The notes beneath the pieces are model-generated. The model was not told the DNA's origin. It did no database searches and saw only the letters and a list, made by a program, of their open reading frames with translations. The position numbers and the translations under genes are program-made. DNA of 64,000 bases from Spironucleus salmonicida (lineage: Eukaryota), in NCBI RefSeq assembly GCF_000497125.1, contig NC_090603.1, positions 248,001 to 312,000 of the forward strand, given 5' to 3'. Of this stretch, positions 54,034-64,000 are shown piece by piece. Every line of letters begins with the position of its first letter. Position 1 is the stretch's first letter.

Positions 54034-55386
54034 TCACAATACAACATTTTCCGCTTTCTTATAATTATGATTATAACGTCTTGTAGAAGCCAACTTCATA
54101 GTTAAAATAGAAATTAACGCCAATGAAATTATGATAACAATAGAAATTTTGACGAATAACTATTAATGACTAGTGTCAGTTTCTATGGTCTTTATAATAA
54201 TATCTTTATCGAGTCCAGTCAGGCCGCGGCTAAGATTATAGGGTGTTGGATATGCTCCTTCAAATACACCATCTTTTTCGTTATAATGCTTCGGAATAAT
54301 AGCGAAGGCATAAGTTTCAAGACACATAGTATTTGTCCCGCGCTCCATATATATGTGACCTTAGTTACCCCATTCTGGCCCTATTGAATTCTTCACTATC
54401 CATACATCTATACCTCTAAACTTTCCATAACCAACAATTAAAACTTGATGGTTAGGGATACCTGTACAGGCGAATCCTGGAATGGCAATTTTTCCGTCAT
54501 ATGACATTATAACTCTTTATAAAAATGACCCTGGCTAGATATACATTGCAGCAGCAACAGCTATTCCTCTAGCTAAATACTACATTACTTTATCTTAATC
54601 CATCTCATTGTCATTTTTCATTAAATTTATAACGGGTGTTTTTGCAGTTCCTGTTACATTTATTAAACTAGTTCTATTATAAACCTTATACGGTAATAAA
54701 TACTGAGAGGGTCTGATTCTAGTATGTAGAAATTTATTTTAGTAATGAGCTTTCCATTATTTTAGATATTCGTATGGAAAATTAGCAGTAATATCCACAC
54801 TTATCCAATGTTTTGGTGTATCAACTATATAATTAAGAGCTGGAACTACATCTCCACCATTACAGTAGTCACTAACACCATATGTATTAGATATTAGAAA
54901 CTACTCTGATAAATCCAAACGAATAGCATCCTTTTTAAAAGCCCTTTGCCTTAGCTTTTTATGATCTCTAAGTATTGAATTTTCTAACATCCCAATTACC
55001 ACAAATGCCCAACATGAACCACATTACTATTAGTCTTTAGCCAATGTGATAAGACCTTTTTCACGTAGGTCCACAGATTCTGGTAAATTCTAAATGGTGG
55101 GAAGAGGGTCATTTGAGTAGCAAAAAACTGACTAACATGTCTCAGTACTAAACATACTTTCATCCTTAGGTGGAGTTTATCTCAAGAAACTATTAAAGTC
55201 TTTATCATATATATTAGTGACTTTACATGTAGGGCATTCGTTTTTTATCTTCAAATATTCAAGATAATTTATGCAAAACTACTATTACCTGTCAAGACTA
55301 AATGATTTTTTATAATGAGTAATGAACTCACTATATGCTGATTAACAGTCTATTGCACTAGGTATAAATCCTAGTAAGATGATCAT
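54034..55386 (-). CDS. Papain-family (C1A) cysteine protease with C-terminal TM anchor, paralog of 39234..40571
   Basis: [39 protein letters not shown] and WIVKNSIG; C-terminal hydrophobic segment. Confidence 0.92.
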
Positions 55387-57375
55387 TTTAAAGATATTTC
55401 AGAAACTGGAGATTACAGTCAATTTCAAAATTTTAAGAAATAATTAATACTAGATAATAATTCATCATGATTAGAGGCAATTCCTTTATGTTTTATAGAT
55501 TTTATTTATAAAAATATACAGAATATGTATATTTAACTTGAATTTTTTACTATATTAGCGATAATATAGCATTTTTAAAACTTTTAATCAACATAACTTC
55601 ATAATAATAGTTAATTTTAATTATATAAATACAAGAATCGATTGACTTTAATATATAAATGCTTATATAAACATAAAAATGTGATTTAGTATTTGCTTGT
55701 AAATTGTTTGATTTAAATATTAACTATTTCATAAAGTTGTTAATATTATAGGAAAGTTTTCCAGTTTTTATTAATCCATAACATAATGTAAAGTAATATA
55801 ATTAGAATAATTTTTACTATTTAATACCTGAAATTGGTTTCATTAAATTAAAATTTCATAAAATGTAAAATAAATTATTTTAACTTTGTGAAAATAAATA
55901 ATGATAATTAAAAATAAACATGAAAGTTCACCAGATAATATGTAAAAATACTTTTCTATGTTTTTATATTGTTAAACATTATCATTATTGCGTGTATAAT
56001 ATTTGAAAGATTTATATGAAGCTGGAAAATTTACCTAGAATTTGATAAAATGACATATACAAAATAATTTAAAGCAAATTACTTAGTTTGCCTAGTTAAA
56101 TAAACATAATACTTTGTAAAAACTATACTAAATTATCCTAATTTATATTAGTGTCAGTTAGTAGACTATTTATCGAGAAACCAAATCTCTGATAGTAAAT
56201 TTTGAACATATTAATTTAAGCAATATTTTAGTTAATTATTTTAAGTATATTGATAAAATTCCAGATAGTTTTTTAATAAGAAATTATTATAAATTTAATT
56301 TTATGATAATAGATTGGTAATACTTTTTTTGATTATTATATAAAATAGGATTCCTTTAAATGACTACTTAAGAAAATTCATGAGATAAGTTATTACTTGT
56401 ACGAATATCATATAAGAATTTGTTTCGTGCAACTATAGAGCATTTTTAAAATATATTAATGATTAACTTAAATTATTGATATAAGTTAAGGTAATTAAAA
56501 AGCTTTTCTATGTGTTTTTAGCAAATTAATTAAGGTTTAATAATATTTAATAAGATTATATTCTAATGGAAAGACTTATTTAAAATATATAGACATAGTA
56601 TTAATTTTCTATTATCATTAAATGGAATTAAAGATCGATTACCACAATGTAAGTCAACACCAGATCCAGATACTGAAGAAATTAACAATTAATTTATCAA
56701 TACAGTAGTTGCATATCATGATATTAGTTTTGGTCGTTACTGTATTTAAAGGTGGCGGTATTGCTCTTTAGTTTATGAATTTATTAAATACATGAAATTA
56801 AGCCTCAAATATAACTAATAAATTTGTATTAATACTCTGAAAAAAGACAGAATAACTAATATTATAATTTAAGTTGAACACAATTATTTAATACGAAAAT
56901 ATGAACATCTATAGTCCTTAAAAAGCCATGATAAGGTCAATAGCAATAGCAATCGGACTATGCATTTACTAAAAACTATTATACTTATAATCTAAATTTA
57001 TCAATAACAGAACGCTATATTGAAATTAAATCTACTGGTCTAAGCTGTTGTTAAAACTATTTTTTACAGAAACCTATACACTTAGCCTTAAATTCCAAAC
57101 AATTTAACTGGCTTCAATCAGGGCCGTATTTGAGTTTGCTACTAAACCAAAAACTGTTATTTAATCAAAAATACATATTTAGTTGGATTAATTTTTACAA
57201 CAATATTTCAAATAAACTGTTATACCATGCCGTAAGGACATTCTCTAGTTTTCAAATCTCCCCAATTCAATTCATTCCATTTTATCGCATTCCGTTCCGT
57301 TCCACTCCAAATAAAAGATAAATTATATTATATAATAACCAATATATCTATTTTCCGTTCCCAATTGAAAACCAA

Positions 57376-58467
57376 ATGGGAATAGTCGAGCAGATCGAAG
57401 CGATAAAAGCCGAACAAGCCATCACGCAGAAGAACAAGGCGACGAACTATCATATGGGGCGTTTGAAGGCAAGGCTCGCTGCGCTTGAGTCTTAGCTCTT
57501 GAGCGAGCAGTCCAAGACGGGCCCGAAGGGGCAGGGATTCGAGGTGCAAAAAGTGGGGCAGGCACGCGCGGCGATGATAGGATTTCCATCCACTGGAAAA
57601 TCTTCGCTGCTCTGCGCGCTCACGAACTCGAAGTCAGTAGTCGCAGCGTACGAGTTCACGACACTCACGTGTATCCCGGGGTAGATGTTCTACAACAACG
57701 CGCAGGTACAAATCCTGGACCTCCCGGGAATCATTTCTGGGGCGGCGGATAACAAGGGAAAAGGGAAGCAGGTCATCGCGACCGCGCGGACGGCAGACCT
57801 AATCATCGTGATGTTGGACGCGCTCCGCGCCGAGCAGGAGCGGAAGTAGCTCGAAAAGGAGCTCTTTGATATGGGAATCCGCCTTAACCAGCAGCGTCCT
57901 AACGTCGAAATTGTACGTCAGAAGACCGGCGGTGTGAAGGTCAACTTCACGGTAAACCAGTCTAATCTGACCTACGACACCGTTAAAGCGATAATGTAGG
58001 AGTTCAAATATCATAATTGCGATATTTTCATTCGTGATGATATAAGCACGGACCAGCTCGTGGACGTGATTTGTGGTTCACGCGTTTACGCGAAAGCAAT
58101 TTACGTGGTCAATAAGATTGATATGATCTCGGTTGAGGCGGTTAATTACTTCGCGAATTAGGGCTATATACCGATTTCAGTTTCGTAAGAGCTTGGGCTG
58201 GCGTATTTGAAGTAGAAAATTTGGGAAAATCTCGAAATTTGCAGAATTTACACCAGAAAGCGCGGGGAACACCCGGATCTGACCGATGCGATCTTCATGA
58301 AGAAGGGGGATACCGTTTAGGACGTTTGCGGAGCGATTCACAAGGAGCTGGTGCAGGGGTTGCAGTACGGGCAGGTTTGGGGCCGGAGCGTCAACTTTCA
58401 GGGCCAGCGGGTCAGCAACGACCACGTGGTTCAGGACGGCGACGTGGTGCAGATTGTGGTGAAGTGA
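57376..58467 (+). CDS. DRG2: Developmentally regulated GTP-binding protein (DRG/RBG, likely DRG2 type)
   Basis: MGIVEQI...TQKNKATNYH, GFPSTGKSS, YEFTTLTCIPG, ILDLPGII, VNKID and TGS domain VWGRSV...DGDVVQIV. Ends AAG-TGA. Confidence 0.9.
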
Positions 58468-58619
58468 TGGAGAGCAATATTAGTATATTATTATATAATA
58501 TAACTATGAGTTGGAGTTTGGTTTTAAATAATATTATATATACAGTCATAATTTTCTACAGAAAATATCCTATTATTATATATAATAATACATTAAACTT
58601 TTACTCAGGATTTTACCTC

Positions 58620-61550
58620 TCACTCAACTGCACCGTCAACCCCCGTACCAAAATCAGCATATCCGAGCACCTTCACTGCCAAATGTGCCCCCAAAAATTC
58701 TTTGCAGAAACTATCTAATATATGCTTATTCTCCCTTCCTTTTTACTCGAAAATTCTACGGTAAGAATACGAAAATCTGCAAAAATCGAACGGCACGTCC
58801 AGCAGGCCCTCTTTTCCGGCTGAATGTTCGCCAAAAACGGCCAAAACGGCGCTCGGACGCACCGCAGCCACCGCCTTCCGCCCTTTCATTATCAGCGAGA
58901 TTTCGTTCCTAAATTGCGATAAACTTGATCCCGAAAACGATTTTTCGCATTTTGCGCTCAAAATTGACGTCACGGCAGCGATTTCGCCCAAATTTTTCGC
59001 TTTTTCCACTCCATTTCGCACAAATTCCGTGAATTTCAGAAATGCATCAACTGATATAACGGCAGACTGAACGTGAAAATAACTAATTACGCGCTCGATT
59101 TTCGGCGTAAAAACGTTCAATTTCTGAACCAAAACGGCCAGTTATATCACATTTATCGACATCAGCGACGCGTTCGACTGCGGTACCTTCCCAAGCGCGT
59201 TTTTGAGCAGCGGGAAGCGCGGATTCACGAACACGAGGAGCGGCAGAACGAATTTTAGCATCAAATGCTCAGAAATGCTCGATTTTGCGCCCAGAAGACC
59301 CGCCAGGAAGCCCAAAACGATCTCTGACGGGTCGCTAATCAGCCGGTCCAGAACGACGAATCGGGCGATGAAATCGACGAAATTCGGGTGGTTTTGCGCG
59401 ACTTCCTGGCCTTCTGAGTAAGCCGTTGCTGGCACGATCCGATTCAGGACGAAAATGAGCTTTTGGAGCGCTTTGGGAGGCAAAATATTGCATTTTACGA
59501 CAAATGAAAATTGCGCGAAATCGAAAAAAGGAGTGGTTTTCAAGTGATATAACTGCGACAAATTTTTCAAAATGTTGAGTAAAAACGGTTTATTTCGAAT
59601 TTGGAGCGAGTCTAATAGGTCGATAATGGAGGTTTTTATGAGCTGTCTAGAGGGGTTTGGGGCCGTAGTTTGCTGTTTTGAGGTCGATCTGAGTTGGATC
59701 AGTTCGGACTTAAAATGCTGTTTTTTCTGCTGCAAACTTGAAGAAATTGCCGCAAATCTGGATTTCAGCTCGTTAGGAGACTGCTATGCTTACAATATAT
59801 TGTATTATAGCTAAGTATTGATATTTGCGATTTACGCTTCGATTTCTGATATTTTACTCATTATATCAGTTGAAATTTCTTCTTTTACATGATATAACTT
59901 AATTGCACGAATAATATTTACTAATATGACCTATTGCCAGCCACTTTCCTGCATTATATCAGTTGTTTGCAAAATTGGTGACATGATAAAATTGTATTTT
60001 TAACTGATATAAACAAGAAACTGGAAAAATTTTGCACGTACTTCAACGCTGTAGTTGCCGTCCGCGATGATTTCGGATATTTCGACCAGCACCTACTGCA
60101 CGATTTAGCGCGTGTTGATTTCCTCGTTTTTTACTGCCAAACTCGCCAGATACTGTGCCATTTAAGCGACGTCGAAATCGAAATCCAGCAAAAATTTTAT
60201 CGTAATTTCTACCGATTTTTTGACTATTATATCACTTGAAACGCACCAACCGCATTATTATATACTAATACCGTAGAATTCATTCACGTGGTTTACGAAA
60301 TTTTCCAGCGCCGCGCGTGTGTTTTGGCAGCTCTATGACTGGAATACCTCCGTATCTTCGAGCAGCCACACGATTTTGGTCGAAAATTCTAGTACAAAAT
60401 AGAGCAATTCGAACGGAATTTTGGCGAGCAGCGCCACTGAACGTTCCAGGACGCCGTTGACGAACTGCGGGCCGTCCTGGTAAGCTCGCAGGATGAGCAG
60501 CTGCGGCAGGTCGATTTGCGGGTAGTGATCTGCTGCGAGCGTCAGAAGCAGATCCGGGGACGTTACGGAGAGCAGGATAGATAGAAGCTCCTTGTCTGAT
60601 AGGAAAATCGTCCGAATCGACGCTTGAATCCGCTGTATTTCAAGTTTATAACTACAAATCTGCGAAAAATCTGGCGTGAACTTCGTGATTCTGAGGGCAT
60701 TTCGGTTGAAGAAGTACACGTCACCGGATTCGGTGCAGAGTGCCGTCAGGAGCTCCGCGAACACGTGAGGACTCTCCTGCACCGACTGCGCGCTCACAAG
60801 TTCTAGAAGCGGAATAGACTCCTTCGGTAGGGACCCCTTGCGGAAAATTGCTTCCAGGACGTCCTGGCACGCAAAAATGATGTCCTCGTCGCAAACGATC
60901 TCACCCAGCTCCTCACTGAGCTCCAGGTTAGGTAGCGTGAATTCGAACCTTCTGAGCACTTTCTTTACGTCTTTTTCGGGCAATTCTTAAACCAGAAGCG
61001 CGAAAACGTCCCCGAAGGCTGCACCAATCGGCTGTTGCTCGAAGGCGGTAAGCTCAAGGCGCGAATCGAGTAAGACGTGATAATCAGTTTGGGGTAAGGA
61101 GGGAAGTTATGGGGTGGCTAATGGGGCGCTATGACGGTCAGAAGGAGTAATTTGGAGCAAATTGGCGAAGCTCTTGAAAATTAGCTCGGCAACCGACTTT
61201 GCATCGCCATTATGGAGGATCTGCTACGCGCTGGCGGGCTCCGCGGCGCTCTCATTGATCACGGCACAGTAGTCGAAAATACTGTTTGTGGCTGGCATGG
61301 CGGCGTCGTACAAGAGCCACATCATATATTGCCGCGTAAATCCATCGTTGGTAGCAGCCTCGACAAGTTGGGGAGTGTTGAGCTGCTGCCTGTGCTTGCG
61401 CATGAAAATTGCCACGATTTTCGCCTGGTGGAGGATCAGGAAGTCGAGGACTTGTTTCGTATGCGAGGTAGGGTTTTAGAGGTGTTGGGTGAGGAAGGAG
61501 GTGACATGCTCCTTCTGGGTCATGCCTGTGGCATGTTTGTAAGCGTTCAT
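58620..61550 (-). CDS. Large hypothetical alpha-helical protein (976 aa)
   Basis: ORFs 58743, 59142, 60333 and 61224 share one frame, and no in-frame TGA was found in the gaps. CCACTCC upstream; ends GAG-TGA. Confidence 0.75.
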
Positions 61551-62879
61551 TTACGGAGTGGAACGAATTAATATTATTATTATATATTAATATAAAATAA
61601 AATCAAAAGTCTACCCAGAACCAACAGCTTGTGTACATATTTGTATTTTGAAAAAAGTCTATGTCCAAACAATGTTTTCGTAGAAATAACTTAGCCGGCC
61701 GCTGCAGATTTGCCGACGGGCATTAACAGTGCACCATCCACCGCCTCGTGCGTTATCTGCAAAGCCGAAAAATTGGAGGCTGAAATTATGCAAACAACGC
61801 CCAGAGGAGACATAAATCTGTCCCATGTTGCAATTCTGCTGGCGCTCGCCGTGGAACTTTTCCACTCCTTCCCCTTCCACAAATAAAAATATACTATTAA
61901 CAATATAATAATAAGTATTAAAATATTCTGAGAACGTTGCCTGTAACTGCGCCACAGAGAGTCCGGCGCGAAGGGGATGCTTTTGGCGCAGAATTGTGTA
62001 TATCCCTAATCGAAACGCATGCATTTCTGGGCGCCGTTCGTGTACGGCGTTCAAATCTGCACGACGGCGTCACGCTAAATTTTTGCGTTGCAGTGCGAAT
62101 TCCCACGGCGCTCTGTCATTCTGATCAGAAAACAGCAATCAGGGTCGTTGTTGTACTTACAATATAATAGTAATGATCATAATATCGATTTGGGGTTCAT
62201 GGGGGTATTTGTCACAATAGTGTATAATATCTTGTTTTGAAATATTAATTTGCAAACGGAGGCGGCGGTGGCGATAAAGGAGGTAAATTATGACTACTCT
62301 CAGGTGACTAGAATAGAGAGTTATAGCGGATAAATTCGCAGTGTTAAGGCGAGCCTGATCAAAAATAGAGACTGCAAAGCTCAGTTTGGCGTAAATACGC
62401 TTAATTCACGCATTTTAAAGCGTATAATTGCGATTCAATAGTTAATAATTGTGTTTTGGTCAAAAAGGAAAATGAACATCATATTTAATTGTTAATTTAT
62501 TATATAACATATAATATATTATTTACACTCGAAAATGTAATAAGTCTTAATAAAAATAGATACAAATAAACCAGTCTACATAAATGAAGGGCTTTCTCTA
62601 AGATTATCACATGTCTCAGGAGAGCCGGGATCGCACCTATCTATGCAAGTTTCCCACACGTGTGAGTTCAGCGACCCGTTTTGTGTCGCGCGTATATCTT
62701 AATCAGGATATTAAAAGTTAAATTTAGATGTGGATGGACCATATATTCTCAATTTTATTACCAATAAGCCAGTTTTGCTATATGGAACGTTTGAAGACAT
62801 CAAAAAATGATTATAACCACTTATTATATTATATATACCTATTTTTAACATTTCCCATTCCATCTTTCACTTTACAAGA

Positions 62880-64000
62880 ATGCCTAACACTTAAACTATT
62901 CCATTTAGAAAATCTGGTGTTTCATAAACCCGTACAGCTTAGACAGTAAAAAGATTAGCTATGTATCGTGAAAAAGCTACACATGATGCCAAAGGTAAGG
63001 TTATTAAACAGCGTTATCACTCCTCTACCCCTGAATCAGACGGTAAAATAGTAGGAAATCGTAAATATTTCGCCAATACTAGAATTGCTAGCCAATCAGA
63101 TCTCGAGCGTATGCGTGAGGCAGTAGCAAAAGCTAGAGATCCCAATACCTTCCTTTTACGCGACAAACGCCTCCCAACCTCTCTTATTACCGAGCAAGAA
63201 GAATGTCAGGTTAAAATTGAATAAGTAGAACCATTTGGCCTTACTTTTGGTCCTAAATCACAGCGTAGAAAGGCAAAAATTGCTTTCTAAGCTGATGAAA
63301 TCGTCAAAGAAGCCACAAAGCTTCAAAATGAGTACAACATCGACAACGACATCAATATTTAACAGGCAATAGACAAGAAAACTGCTTTTGATCCACGCAT
63401 GATTCGCGGACAAACTCACAGAGTTTACTCAGAAATCTACAAAGTAATCGACTCTTCGGACGTCCTTGTCTACGTTTTGGACGCCAGAGATCCCGAAAAC
63501 ACGCTATCAAAGTCGATCGAAAAGTATCTTCTCCAGGCCGAAAACCAGCACCGTCATCTCATTTACGTCCTGAACAAGGTCGACCTGGTACCAACGTGGG
63601 CCACGAAATCCTGGATTTTGAAGCTCCAGAAGCAGCACCCAACGATCGCATTTTGTGCAACCGCCAAAAAAGCCTTCGGAAAAGCCGAAATCATCAGCGT
63701 ATTCCGCCAATTCTCGCTCTTGCACAAGGAGCGCCCAAACATCTCAATCGGCTTTCTAGGCTTCCCAAACGTCGGAAAAAGCTCCGTTATCAACGCAATT
63801 ATCGGAAAATAGGTCTGCAACGTAGCCCCGATTCCGGGCGAAACGAAAGTCTGGCAATACGTCAATTTGACCAAAAAAATCTTCCTAATCGACGCACCAG
63901 GTGTCGTTTTCCCAGACAAAACCGCTGACGAGAACGCTGACGACCTGCGAATTTTGCTCTAGGGCGTAATTCGCACAGAATACGTCGAATACCCCGAAAA
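62880..64000 (+). CDS. NOG2: Nucleolar GTP-binding protein 2, 3'-truncated by the window edge
   Basis: NGP1NT region ([15 protein letters not shown]), [52 protein letters not shown] and IDAPG. Confidence 0.95.

Noticed and set aside
56560..57140. Protein-like fragments including a hydrophobic stretch
   Set aside because: No coherent start or family signature. Possibly decayed sequence, but unsupported.

Overview
Gene-dense eukaryotic DNA with no introns that I could detect. It uses the TAA/TAG=Gln code (translation table 6), with TGA as the only stop. The supplied standard-code ORFs are therefore fragments, and I re-joined them by hand into about 40 genes. The code, short intergenic spacers, a bacterial-type glucokinase, a cysteine-rich membrane protein, a C-rich motif before ATGs and frequent AG-TGA gene ends point to a Hexamitinae diplomonad (Spironucleus-like; inferred). 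Recognisable genes are TMA46/ZC3H15, NOP2, a kinesin, a ROK1-like DEAD-box helicase, tRNA-Arg(TCT), ceramide glucosyltransferase, a La-motif protein, a CTL/SLC44 transporter, a 5'-nucleotidase-like enzyme, a pseudokinase+kinase, MCM5, thiamine pyrophosphokinase, an ERK7-type MAPK, two membrane-anchored papain-family proteases, RPC34, a RING protein, glucokinase, a DHHC enzyme, a Nudix hydrolase, a DRG GTPase and NOG2. I found no convincing mobile element, CRISPR array or prokaryote-style system. The most interesting signals are AT islands with fixed G-left/C-right skew (some inside ORFs), a hidden Q/N/Y prion-like protein, a catalytically degenerate kinesin-like protein, two candidate structured ncRNAs, a very GC-rich block with a 16-nt head-to-head junction, and a decayed FAD-oxidase-like locus. 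All translation and family assignment was done by eye, without searches.
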